Assembly: GCA_027365175.1 (NCBI GenBank)
Contig: DAHXNY010000002.1
Coordinates: 5,623 to 69,622, forward strand
From: Candidatus Micrarchaeota archaeon
GTDB lineage: Archaea; Micrarchaeota; Micrarchaeia; Micrarchaeales; CABMGC01
Length of the DNA: 64,000 nucleotides
Direction: 5' to 3'
Of the stretch, positions 38,091-47,260 are shown piece by piece (the first letter of the stretch is position 1; each line of letters starts with the position of its first letter). Made by a program: the position numbers and the translations under genes. The notes below the pieces were generated by a model. It made no database searches. It was not told the origin of the DNA and saw only the letters and a program-made list of their open reading frames with translations.

Positions 38091-38473
38091 CACCTAATCT
38101 CGACAAGGAAGCCCACACCGTTTACGGGTGGGAGGAATTGTCGAGTAGTTAGTATCATATATCTTCTGGAGCATATATATGTGGTTAGCAGTATGCGACG
38201 CGCTATTCTTCTGCAAACTGATGATATTACTGGCAGGAAACATAAACTCCTCGCTGACTTTTCCATGAAGGCTGCCGGCGAGTTCAATCTCCTGTGGGAT
38301 GAAAGGGACCCCTGCACCAAATTCATGGAGTTCCACAGAAAGACCTTTGCAAAATCCAAAGCAAGAACTGGATTCAACGTTCAGGTTTATGCCTGCCGTG
38401 AACGTGCTGTTTGGAAAAGTAAAGGAAAGGTCAAAAGGATTACTGTCAAATTCAATGTTCCACGCAACTGCAA
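38091..38473 (+). mobile_element. 383-bp partial copy of the 25668-26990 IS (LE hairpin plus first 97 tnpB codons), inverted relative to the full copy
   Basis: Matches the reverse complement of 26608-26990. Two substitutions were found in the ~70 nt compared base by base, and the rest is inferred from identical translations. Identity stops abruptly at 38474. Confidence 0.85.
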
Positions 38474-38978
38474 TACCTCTTCCATACCAATAGGCAAGCT
38501 ATCAGAAGCGGTAAGCGACAAGAGCAGGTTCATAGGCTTGCATTTTTTCAATCCTGTGCCTGTGATGAAGCCTGTAGAGGTTATAATAGGAAGCGGCACC
38601 TCGAAAAACACGGAACAAATCGCAATGCAGCTGATAAGCAAATGCGGGAAGATCCCTGTAACAGTGAAAGATTATCCAGGTTTTGTGGCAAACAGCGTAC
38701 TCATGCCTATGCTTAACGAGGCCATAATATTGCTTGAGAAGGGAGTGTCGACAAAGGAAGGCATAGACACGATAATAAAGCTTGGGCTCAACCACCCTAT
38801 GGGCCCCTTGGAGCTTGCAGACTATATAGGACTTGACGTATGCAAGGACATAATGGATTCCATCTACAACGAAACGAAGGATGAGAAGTTCAAGCCTACA
38901 GAAATGCTGGTGAAACTGGTGTCTGAAGGTAAGCTCGGAAGGAAGTCTGGAGAAGGCTTCTATCAGTACGATAAATAA
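38181..38978 (+). pseudogene. Chimeric ORF joining the tnpB N-terminus (97 aa) to the C-terminal two thirds of a 3-hydroxyacyl-CoA dehydrogenase
   Basis: After ..FNVPRNC the sequence switches to GLHFFNPVPVMKPVEVI...LNHPMGPLELADYIGLD. This is the Hbd/HADH middle and C-terminal domains, and the NAD-binding N-terminus is missing. Confidence 0.75.
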
Positions 38979-38990
38979 TGATGTGAGAGT

Positions 38991-39596
38991 ATGGACTGGG
39001 AAAGACTTGCGGACGAAGAGACATTGGAGAAGACAGCAAAAGCGCTCAAATCAAAGAACATAGAGGTAATAGTCGCAGAGAACGGCAATGAAGCAAAGGA
39101 AAAGCTTTTGTCAATGATAGGAGAGGGATCTACGGTAATGGAAGTGTCATCGACTACGTTGAAGCAGATAGGGGCGCACGACGCTATAAATGAAAGCGGA
39201 AGCTTTGTGTCCCTGAACAAAGAGGTTTCAAAGGAAAACGATTCTGCAAAAAGAGCAGAGTTGAGAAGGGCTCTGCCAAGCCCTGATTATGCAGTTGGCA
39301 GTGTGCACGCGGTCACGGAGGACGGACTGCTGCTTATAGCCTCTGCAAGCGGAAGCCAGCTACCATCCTACTCATTCACTGCAAAGAAGGTAATACTTGC
39401 AGTAGGCACGCAGAAGATAGTCAAGAATGTTGAACTTGGGATAAAGAGGATATATGAACACTCCCTTCCTATGGAAACCGAGCGCATGATGAAAGCATAT
39501 GGCATACCAAGTTCTGTTAACCAGATCCTTATGATAGAGAAGGGCATCCCGGGAAGGATAACTGTGATATTCATAAAAGAGAGACTTGGTTTCTGA
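38991..39596 (+). CDS. LUD-domain (LutC/YkgG-like) protein
   Basis: 201 aa. VGSVHAVTEDGLLLIASASGSQLPS...ILAVGTQKIV is the typical LUD/DUF162 pattern. Confidence 0.55.
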   Translation: MDWERLADEETLEKTAKALKSKNIEVIVAENGNEAKEKLLSMIGEGSTVMEVSSTTLKQIGAHDAINESGSFVSLNKEVSKENDSAKRAELRRALPSPDYAVGSVHAVTEDGLLLIASASGSQLPSYSFTAKKVILAVGTQKIVKNVELGIKRIYEHSLPMETERMMKAYGIPSSVNQILMIEKGIPGRITVIFIKERLGF

Positions 39597-39643
39597 TGCA
39601 CTATCTTAACATATATATTACTTTCTGGTATCCAATAGTGTAA

Positions 39644-40618
39644 GTGGTTGGGATGGCATCAGTGAAGGTCAATAAGAAAATTAATTCTTCAAGAACAGAT
39701 GCAAATAAAAAAACCCAGGCAGCGATGGAGTATCTGCTCTCATATGGCTGGACAACGCTGATAATAGCAGTCGTAATACTGGTTCTTGCAGTACTGGGAA
39801 TACTAAGCATAGCGTCTGCGCCAAGAGCAGAGCCTGGTGCATGCAGCGTTTACCGTCCATATGGCGCTGGCAATCCGAGCATGGCAAGTCTTGTCGGCAC
39901 CTGTTACAACGAATTACCAAGATATATTATGAAATCCAAAGGCGCTGGAGATTTTGTCTTTGTAAACGGTTCTGATAATTACACCAGCTATCTTAACATA
40001 ATCGGAAAAAACATAACTATAACTGCATGGGTATTGGTAAACGGGGCCCCTTATCACGACGTAGTTGACAAGGAAGACCAGTATGGGATGAAACTGAACT
40101 ATAACAACCAACCTCATGCGTGCGCCCCGTCATATTATGCCGGGCTCTGCCTTGAGTGGGATACCTATAACGAATGGACTGGCACCAGCTTCCCGATACC
40201 AAACGGGAATTTTGGACAGTGGGAGTTCGTTGCTGTCGAGATGAGCGGAAGCTACAAATACTGGTATGCAAACGGCCAGCTGATAGGCAACCAGTATGTC
40301 TCAAGCGGCATAAACTACGTTCCTTCCAACTTTGTAATAGGCGCAATAACCCCTGGATATTCGGGCTACGGCAGTGCAGAGTGGTTCAACGGCTCGATTG
40401 CAGATGTGCAATTATACAACGCATCACTAAGCTCAAACCAGATAAAATTGCTTTATGATGAAGGTATAGGCGGCGTACCTGTGCAGATGCGTGGCCTTGT
40501 AGGATGGTGGCCGCTTAATGGCAATGCAAATGATTACAGCGGAGATGGCAACAACGGTCATCTTTACAACAATACGTTCACAGGAAGTTTAAGGATATCT
40601 AACTATGTTATACCTTAA
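39644..40618 (+). CDS. Archaeal type IV pilin-like protein (class III signal peptide) with LamG/concanavalin-like domain
   Basis: KKTQAAMEYLLSYGWTTLIIAVVILVLAV signal/pilin N-terminus. LamG-like GSIADVQLYNASLSSNQIKLLYDEG and WWPLNGNANDYSG. Confidence 0.65.
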   Translation: MVGMASVKVNKKINSSRTDANKKTQAAMEYLLSYGWTTLIIAVVILVLAVLGILSIASAPRAEPGACSVYRPYGAGNPSMASLVGTCYNELPRYIMKSKGAGDFVFVNGSDNYTSYLNIIGKNITITAWVLVNGAPYHDVVDKEDQYGMKLNYNNQPHACAPSYYAGLCLEWDTYNEWTGTSFPIPNGNFGQWEFVAVEMSGSYKYWYANGQLIGNQYVSSGINYVPSNFVIGAITPGYSGYGSAEWFNGSIADVQLYNASLSSNQIKLLYDEGIGGVPVQMRGLVGWWPLNGNANDYSGDGNNGHLYNNTFTGSLRISNYVIP

Positions 40619-40678
40619 TGCCAAAATCCTCAACATCTTCCACATATATTTATAATAACATAATGCGCTAAATCTATC

Positions 40679-41548
40679 ATGGATTATGAGGGAGCGGTAG
40701 AGGTCATAAAACAGCTTGAGGCTGGCTCTTCTGAAGAAGGGGAATTCACCATAGATGCACTAAAGGCTATAAACAACGAGATAAAGTTCAAAGAGTTTAC
40801 AAGGCAGCAGAACGACGCAGAAGCAGAGAAGCTCATCAGATCCCTGACAAGCTCATTTTTATCCCAGCAGCAAACCGCAAAACCTGAAATAAGCGTATTG
40901 CAGCCCCAACTGAAGGTTCAACTTCCTGTCCAGTCAAAACCACAGGAACAGCTGCAGCAGGCAGATCAGGTTCAGCAAAAACCTAAACCTACATCGCAGA
41001 CAACTGCGGCAAAGGAGTTGTCCGCTGCAACAGAGGAACTGAAGAGCGCAATGGGCTATGTCTCCAAGTTAGAGCTTCCAAAAATAAACTTCAATATTAA
41101 GCCAAAAGAGGTCAAGATCCCGCCAGTTCATGAAACAAAACCTGTTCCAAATATGCCAAAGCAGCAGCCAAGCCCTGCCGTACAGGTACAGATGCCTGCC
41201 CAGCCAAAGCCGCTCACAGTTAAGAAAGAGCAGAAGAATGTTCAGCAAAAACAGGTTTCACCAACTCAGGTCTCCCAAATGCGTACAAAGACCTTCAAAT
41301 CAGTACTGGTGGGCCTGCCGCTTCACGATCAGATAGAAGAGCTTACCAAGATAAGTACAGGGATAGACAGAAGAGCATTTGACAAGGCGCACATGAATAT
41401 AATAATAAACGAGATAAATGCGCTATACGAGTACTCAATGGCAGAGCAAAAGACGACCAATGTGTTTGAACAGAGGCTTAGGGATATGAGGACCCTCAGG
41501 CTGGCTGAGGTAATGGAGAAACTCGGCAAAAAGGGTGTTGCAAGATGA
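40679..41548 (+). CDS. Hypothetical protein with central Q/P/K-rich low-complexity region
   Basis: 289 aa with no P-loop. Structured-looking termini flank about 150 aa of Q/P-rich sequence. Its stop overlaps the next start. Confidence 0.4.
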   Translation: MDYEGAVEVIKQLEAGSSEEGEFTIDALKAINNEIKFKEFTRQQNDAEAEKLIRSLTSSFLSQQQTAKPEISVLQPQLKVQLPVQSKPQEQLQQADQVQQKPKPTSQTTAAKELSAATEELKSAMGYVSKLELPKINFNIKPKEVKIPPVHETKPVPNMPKQQPSPAVQVQMPAQPKPLTVKKEQKNVQQKQVSPTQVSQMRTKTFKSVLVGLPLHDQIEELTKISTGIDRRAFDKAHMNIIINEINALYEYSMAEQKTTNVFEQRLRDMRTLRLAEVMEKLGKKGVAR

Positions 41549-42801
41549 GCATGGGCAAAAAGAAAGAGATAAAGCAGCCTGAGCTCAGGCAGATTATAGG
41601 ATTCACAAAGCCCAAGAGGATACTCTTCTTCAAGACAAGACCTAAGCCTATATACGGTGCACCGATAAAACAGCCGCAGCAGGCAGAGGCACAGCCTAAC
41701 CGGCAGGAGCAGCCTTTCGTCGTGCAGCAGCCTGGGTCTCAGCAGGTTCCGCCAGCGCAGCCGGCAGTTCAGCAGCCAACCGCCAAGCCTGCTGCTCAAA
41801 ATGCAAAACAGCCTCAGCGGCCGCAGCAGGGCTTCTTCAAAAGTAAACCTAAACCTGCTGCTGCAAAGCCTCAGCCTGAGGGAACTCCCACATACCAGAT
41901 ATTCAACCAGCAGGACGGGCCCCAAAAGCCGCAAAAGCCAGCGCCGAAGTTCCTCGATACAAGGATAAAAAAGATAATAAACAAGCAGAAGGACTTGGAG
42001 CTCTCAATGCGCGAGCAGAATATCAAGGGAACACCGTATGCATTCATACAGAAGATAATGTATGTTTCCATAGGCATAGCGGTTGCCATGGCGATAGTGA
42101 TACCTATCCTGTTTTACGAGCTAACTCTGTTTGATACTGCAGTAACCGTCAGCCCGCTTATAGGAATACTGCTGGGATTAGTCGGAGCGATTGCAGGATA
42201 TATGGTCATATTCAATAATCTTATACTGTACCCTGTAAAGAAGGCAAGGAATTCAGGAAAGGAGATAGAAAAAGACGTGCTCTTTGCAGCAAGGGATATG
42301 ATAATAGCAATGAGGTCAGGAATGCCTCTGTACAATGCAATAGTCACAGTAAGCACAGGATATGGTACAGCAAGCAGGGAATTCGGAAAGATAGTAGAGA
42401 CTGTGCAGCTAGGCACGCCCATAGAGAATGCGATAGACAGCGTATGTTTAAAAACAAAATCACCTACATTCAACAGGATAATGCTCCAGTCCAGCACAAG
42501 CATAAAGGCAGGGGCTGACGTCATAGGAGCGCTCCAGGAGGCTATAGACGAGGTAAGCCAGGAAAGGGTGATAGAGCTAAGGAGATACGGACAGAGGTTA
42601 AATGCCCTGGCCATGTTCTACATGCTTTTCGGAATAATATTTCCTAGCATGGGCATAGCAGTAGCTACTATAATGACCACATTCATAAGCATAGTGACTA
42701 TAAATAACACGACGCTCGCAATGGTTTTCGTAGGAATAGTGATCCTTCAGTTCATATTCCTGAACATGATAAGGTCTGCAAGACCTGTATACGCTACATA
42801 G
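41545..42801 (+). CDS. T2SS-F/TadB/FlaJ-family pilus platform membrane protein with Q/P-rich N-terminal extension
   Basis: One T2SSF-like domain (RDMIIAMRSGMPLYNAI...GTPIENAI...AGADVIGALQEA) between TM segments. The first ~140 aa are Q/P-rich. Confidence 0.65.
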   Translation: MSMGKKKEIKQPELRQIIGFTKPKRILFFKTRPKPIYGAPIKQPQQAEAQPNRQEQPFVVQQPGSQQVPPAQPAVQQPTAKPAAQNAKQPQRPQQGFFKSKPKPAAAKPQPEGTPTYQIFNQQDGPQKPQKPAPKFLDTRIKKIINKQKDLELSMREQNIKGTPYAFIQKIMYVSIGIAVAMAIVIPILFYELTLFDTAVTVSPLIGILLGLVGAIAGYMVIFNNLILYPVKKARNSGKEIEKDVLFAARDMIIAMRSGMPLYNAIVTVSTGYGTASREFGKIVETVQLGTPIENAIDSVCLKTKSPTFNRIMLQSSTSIKAGADVIGALQEAIDEVSQERVIELRRYGQRLNALAMFYMLFGIIFPSMGIAVATIMTTFISIVTINNTTLAMVFVGIVILQFIFLNMIRSARPVYAT

Positions 42802-42808
42802 GGGTTTT

Positions 42809-43813
42809 ATGGCAACGGTAGTATTCGAGAGATTGCTTGGAAGAGGGGTTTCCCAGTTCGTGTCAGAGGAGCTTGACCTCGCAGGCATAAAGATGACTGC
42901 AAACATGATAATAGAGATTGCAATACTCGGATCCATGGTATCTCTAATAGCGGTGGCATTTGTTCTGGCGATATACCTGCAGTTCAATCCTGTCCTTGCA
43001 TTCGTCGGAGGAGTCATGTCATCAGGGATGATAATACTCATCATATATGCAGCCATAGAGTTCAGGATTGAGCAGAGGAAGAGCTTTGTAGAGAACATAC
43101 TTCCACTCTATCTAGACCTGACTGCTGCAAACGTAAGGTCAGGTCTTGCCCTAACCAACGCAATGACCATTGTGGAAAGGCCGGAATTCAAGAAATTCAA
43201 CGATGACATAAAACTGATGGGCAAGCAGCTCTATTCCGGAGAATCAATGGAACGCGTACTAACGCAGCTCACTTCAAGGTACAGGTCCCAGGAACTGAAG
43301 AGAACCATACGTATGGTACTTGAGGCAGAGAGGTATGGAGGAGGAATGACCGATCTTCTTAAGCAGATATCAAAAGACTTGAGAAACGAGCACATCATAC
43401 AGAAGGAGGTATCTGGACAGCTGTTCATGTATATGATATTCATAGCGTTTGCTGCCCTTGCAGCAGCTCCTGTGCTCTTTGCAATGACGAGCCAGATGAT
43501 AGGCATAACGCTTACCATATGGTCCAAGATATCCCTGAATTCGCTCTCGAGCGTTCCTTCAACAGGCATATCCTTCCTCAAATTCAGCACTCCGCAGATA
43601 ACCCTTGCCGGATATCAGGACTTCGCACTCGCATCAATCATCCTCATAACAGGAATGTGCGCCTTCATAGTCTCTGCCATATCTTCAGGAAGGATGATAC
43701 GCGGTATGCGATACCTGCCTCTGTTCATACTGATGGGGCTTATAGTATACTTCGTAGTAGGTCTGGTGGTAGGAAACATATTCAGCACGATAGCTGCGGG
43801 AGGAGCAGGCTGA
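42809..43813 (+). CDS. Second T2SS-F/TadC/FlaJ-family platform membrane protein
   Basis: T2SSF-like block LDLTAANVRSGLALTNAM...LYSGESMERVL...ERYGGGMTDLLKQIS, flanked by TM helices. Confidence 0.6.
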   Translation: MATVVFERLLGRGVSQFVSEELDLAGIKMTANMIIEIAILGSMVSLIAVAFVLAIYLQFNPVLAFVGGVMSSGMIILIIYAAIEFRIEQRKSFVENILPLYLDLTAANVRSGLALTNAMTIVERPEFKKFNDDIKLMGKQLYSGESMERVLTQLTSRYRSQELKRTIRMVLEAERYGGGMTDLLKQISKDLRNEHIIQKEVSGQLFMYMIFIAFAALAAAPVLFAMTSQMIGITLTIWSKISLNSLSSVPSTGISFLKFSTPQITLAGYQDFALASIILITGMCAFIVSAISSGRMIRGMRYLPLFILMGLIVYFVVGLVVGNIFSTIAAGGAG

Positions 43814-43856
43814 GATTTATAGGATAGGCAGACTGCCTGTACAAGAGCCAATACTG

Positions 43857-44528
43857 TCAGAATATGTTCTTCACTATCGTCTTCAGTATCATGTATCCGT
43901 CGCTGAATGTGCGGAGCTTTGCCTCTCCAGCCTCCCGTTTCTTTTCCGTACTCGGTATCTCTATGACTTTAAGGCGGGCTTTCATAGCGTTTATGTTTAT
44001 CTCGGTCTCTATGCCGAAGCCATCCTCCTTTAGGGCAAGCCTGTTTATTATGCTCTTCCTGAAGCTCCTGTATCCGTAGCACATGTCACTGTATTTCGAA
44101 CCGAAGAAAAGATTGACGATGGAGACGAAGAACTTGTTCCCAAACACCCTTATCCCAGAGATATCCTCGCTACCTCCGCCAACCATGAAGCGCGATCCCA
44201 TGCAGACATCATAGCCTATTCTTATGCTCTCAACAAGAAGGTTGAGCTCCTTAGGCTCGTTAGATAGATCCGCATCCATAGAGACTATTATGCTGCCCCT
44301 GGCCGCTCCGAATCCCTTCCTCAAAGCAGAGCCCTTCCCCTTATTATCGTATATCACTCTTGCCCCCAGCTTCTTCGCTATGCTTACTGTATTGTCCGAA
44401 GAGTGGCCGTCAACAACAAGTATCTCGTACCTGCTGCTCCTGAGATTCTTCCTGATGCCATGTATGACCTTGGCTATGTTCTTCTCCTCATTAAGCGTAG
44501 GTATTACGACCGATACATACTCATTCAT
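43857..44528 (-). CDS. Family 2 glycosyltransferase (dolichyl-phosphate sugar synthase-like)
   Basis: VSVVIPTLNEE, DGHSSD and DADLS motifs. Confidence 0.85.
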   Translation of the reverse strand: MNEYVSVVIPTLNEEKNIAKVIHGIRKNLRSSRYEILVVDGHSSDNTVSIAKKLGARVIYDNKGKGSALRKGFGAARGSIIVSMDADLSNEPKELNLLVESIRIGYDVCMGSRFMVGGGSEDISGIRVFGNKFFVSIVNLFFGSKYSDMCYGYRSFRKSIINRLALKEDGFGIETEININAMKARLKVIEIPSTEKKREAGEAKLRTFSDGYMILKTIVKNIF

Positions 44529-45706
44529 TTCATGGCACCTGTAGAGAATATCTTTATAACATCGTTGTCCTTCAGGATATAATCCTTTGGTACGCGAAGC
44601 TTTTTCTTTGCATCTATGCCGTACTTCATGCCCTTCGCTATATCCGTATGTATCCTCTCTGCGAGCTGCAATGCGGTAGAACCATTATCCATGAGTACCG
44701 AATCAGGAAGCACATTCCCAAAGTGGTCGGTGAACTTGTTCTCATCCTCTACCGGATATACTACTATCTTATGGAGGATCTGGAAGACGACCTTTGACAG
44801 AATATCATTAACTCCGGTTCCGTTATGCCTCTCAAGGTATTCGTTCATAATCTGTATTCCCTGCTCCTGCTCACGAGTCGGTTTTCCTATCGTGTGTATG
44901 CTGCCTCCGGTATATCTTACGAGTCCTGCAGCTTCAGCCTTCTTTATCGCAAGTTCCATCGCACCTGAGCATCCTATAACCTCATAGCCTCTGAGCCTGC
45001 TCTTCAGCCACTCAAGCTTCTTTGCGTCAGACTTGTCCGTCTTGTTTGCAGCTATGACTATTGGCTTGCTGTCCTCAAGGAATCTTGATGCGAATCTTGC
45101 ACACTCATCCGCACTCCAGTTTATCCTATTGGATGTAAGATACTCTGCCGAGATGGCATGCCTTACCTGCTCCTGCGTGGCCCTGAATCCTGACAGGAGC
45201 ATATGCAACCCGCTTACTGCCTCGTCATTCCTTGAAAGCTGCTGCATGTGCCTTGCTATTATCCCTGCAATCCACTCGACAAGCTCCTTCCTCACCATGA
45301 TAACCTCTTCTGCCGGATCGGCCCATTCGACCCTCTCTCCGTGCATGTCGGTCTCTCCGCTGCAGTCAACAACCTGTATGAGCGCATCTGCGCCTGCAAG
45401 GTCATTCAGGAACTGGTTGCCCATTCCCTTTCCAAGATGGGCTCCAGGGACAAGGCCCGCAACATCAACCACATTCACAGGTATCTTACGTATCCCATTC
45501 GTGCAGGTGGAGTTCCTCGGCCTGCACTTGACCCCCAGCTCCAGCTCAACGCACTCCTTCGAGACATGCGCAACTCCAAGGTTGGGCTTTATGGTGGTAA
45601 AGGCATAATCTGCTATCTGTACCTCATTCATGGTCAGGGCTGAGAACATAGTCGATTTTCCCTTGTTCGGTGCCCCTATAAGCCCTATAAGCATAAAATC
45701 ATCCAA
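44525..45706 (-). CDS. Obg-family GTPase (YchF/OLA1-like) with C-terminal TGS-like domain
   Basis: G1 GAPNKGKST, G3 DVAGLV, NKTD, and a C-terminal ..LKDNDVIKI. Confidence 0.8.
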   Translation of the reverse strand: MDDFMLIGLIGAPNKGKSTMFSALTMNEVQIADYAFTTIKPNLGVAHVSKECVELELGVKCRPRNSTCTNGIRKIPVNVVDVAGLVPGAHLGKGMGNQFLNDLAGADALIQVVDCSGETDMHGERVEWADPAEEVIMVRKELVEWIAGIIARHMQQLSRNDEAVSGLHMLLSGFRATQEQVRHAISAEYLTSNRINWSADECARFASRFLEDSKPIVIAANKTDKSDAKKLEWLKSRLRGYEVIGCSGAMELAIKKAEAAGLVRYTGGSIHTIGKPTREQEQGIQIMNEYLERHNGTGVNDILSKVVFQILHKIVVYPVEDENKFTDHFGNVLPDSVLMDNGSTALQLAERIHTDIAKGMKYGIDAKKKLRVPKDYILKDNDVIKIFSTGAMK

Positions 45707-45784
45707 AAAGCAGTTATCTCAATTGCTAATGATACTATTAAAAAGCTGCGAACATATTAAAAATATACATGAAATAAGTATTCT

Positions 45785-46081
45785 GTGGTAAAGATGCCAA
45801 AGGAGAGTCTTAGTGAAAAGAGAGTTGTCGTAGTAGACCCGAAGCTCATCATGGAGCGCATGCTCCACTACAGGGAGAGGCAGCATGCATGGCATGCCTT
45901 CAAGAAGATCTACTGGGGCATATATGCCTTTATAATAGGGGTTGCCCTATTATACTACAATGCGCTCGGTCTCACGGTAAATATCTTCTTAGGGATAGCT
46001 GTACTGCTCTTCGCCGTGATGTTCATAATATCAGGGCTTGTAGAGTCGCTGCACCACAAACTTATGAAGAAGTACGGTTGA
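45785..46081 (+). CDS. Small two-TM membrane protein, hypothetical
   Basis: 98-aa ORF with two hydrophobic helices, upstream of secF. Confidence 0.3.
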   Translation: MVKMPKESLSEKRVVVVDPKLIMERMLHYRERQHAWHAFKKIYWGIYAFIIGVALLYYNALGLTVNIFLGIAVLLFAVMFIISGLVESLHHKLMKKYG

Positions 46082-46105
46082 ACCATATCTTCGTTGCTGA
46101 TTTAG

Positions 46106-47260
46106 ATGCAAATAAAGATGCCTAACATATACAATAACAAGAACGTTAAGTTCTTCATTCTGATACCAGTAGCTATGATGCTGGTTTCGATCTATCTCTC
46201 CCAGGGCATAGTGCTCGATTCCTCCCTTGGCGGCGGCATAAGCATGCTTATGCAGACAAATACGACCCTTAGCGCTTCGCAGATTGCTGCCCTGGTAAGC
46301 TCCAGGCTAAACACTCCTGCCCCTTCAATAGTCACGAGCCATGGGACCGTCGGCATAACCATAGCTGCAAACACCAGTCTCTCAAACGCCGAGGACTATC
46401 TTATAAATTTCTATTCATACAACTCAAACTATACTTCCTATTATGTCAATTACACAAACTACTCCATAGGCCTGCAGCACAATCCATCAAACGCCACGCT
46501 TCACGCCCTCCAGAACAAGACTTCGGCTGCGCTTGCCGCCAACCTAAAGGGAATGTCCGCAAGCCTTTCTTCAGAGCTGCAGGAACTCAGGCCTTTCATA
46601 GGGACTGAGAGCTACAACAGCAGCAATCCAAGCGAGATGCTCTCCGTTGCGCAGTCTGCGTATTCGAACGCAAGCAAAGTATACCAGCATCAGGTAATAA
46701 GCAAAATGCATTCCATACTGCCGTTCACCTCCTACTCATACGAGCAGGTGTCTGCCATACAGGGCAAATACTTCCTTGGCACAATCGAGCAGATAATAAT
46801 AATCGCATTCATACTGATTTCGATAGTGGTGCTTATATTATTCAGGAGCATAGTTCCATCATTTGCAATAGTCTTCGGTGCGGCAAACGACATAATAGTC
46901 GCACTTGGCGCAATGGCGATATTCAAGATACCTTTGGGAGTGACCAGCATTGCAGGGCTTCTAATGCTTTTAGGTTATTCAATAGACACCGACGTCCTTG
47001 CAGGTATAAGGATACTTAAGAGGAGCGAGGGCACTCCTGAGGACCGCGCATACTCTGCATTCAGGACAGGAATGACTATGACAAGCGCGGCAATACTCTC
47101 ATTCGCTGTGCTCTTTGCAGTATCGCTGATAGCCTATGTGCCAACATACTATGAGATAGCAGGCGTCGTCCTCTTCGGATTGATAGGCGACATATTCACG
47201 ACATGGTTCGGAAATGCAGTCATGATACTCATGTACGCTAAAAGTAAGAGGAGAATGTGA
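46106..47260 (+). CDS. secF: Protein-export membrane protein SecF
   Basis: The C-terminal six-TM block with LLGYSIDTDVL and the large N-terminal loop fit archaeal SecF. Overlaps secD. Confidence 0.7.
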   Translation: MQIKMPNIYNNKNVKFFILIPVAMMLVSIYLSQGIVLDSSLGGGISMLMQTNTTLSASQIAALVSSRLNTPAPSIVTSHGTVGITIAANTSLSNAEDYLINFYSYNSNYTSYYVNYTNYSIGLQHNPSNATLHALQNKTSAALAANLKGMSASLSSELQELRPFIGTESYNSSNPSEMLSVAQSAYSNASKVYQHQVISKMHSILPFTSYSYEQVSAIQGKYFLGTIEQIIIIAFILISIVVLILFRSIVPSFAIVFGAANDIIVALGAMAIFKIPLGVTSIAGLLMLLGYSIDTDVLAGIRILKRSEGTPEDRAYSAFRTGMTMTSAAILSFAVLFAVSLIAYVPTYYEIAGVVLFGLIGDIFTTWFGNAVMILMYAKSKRRM

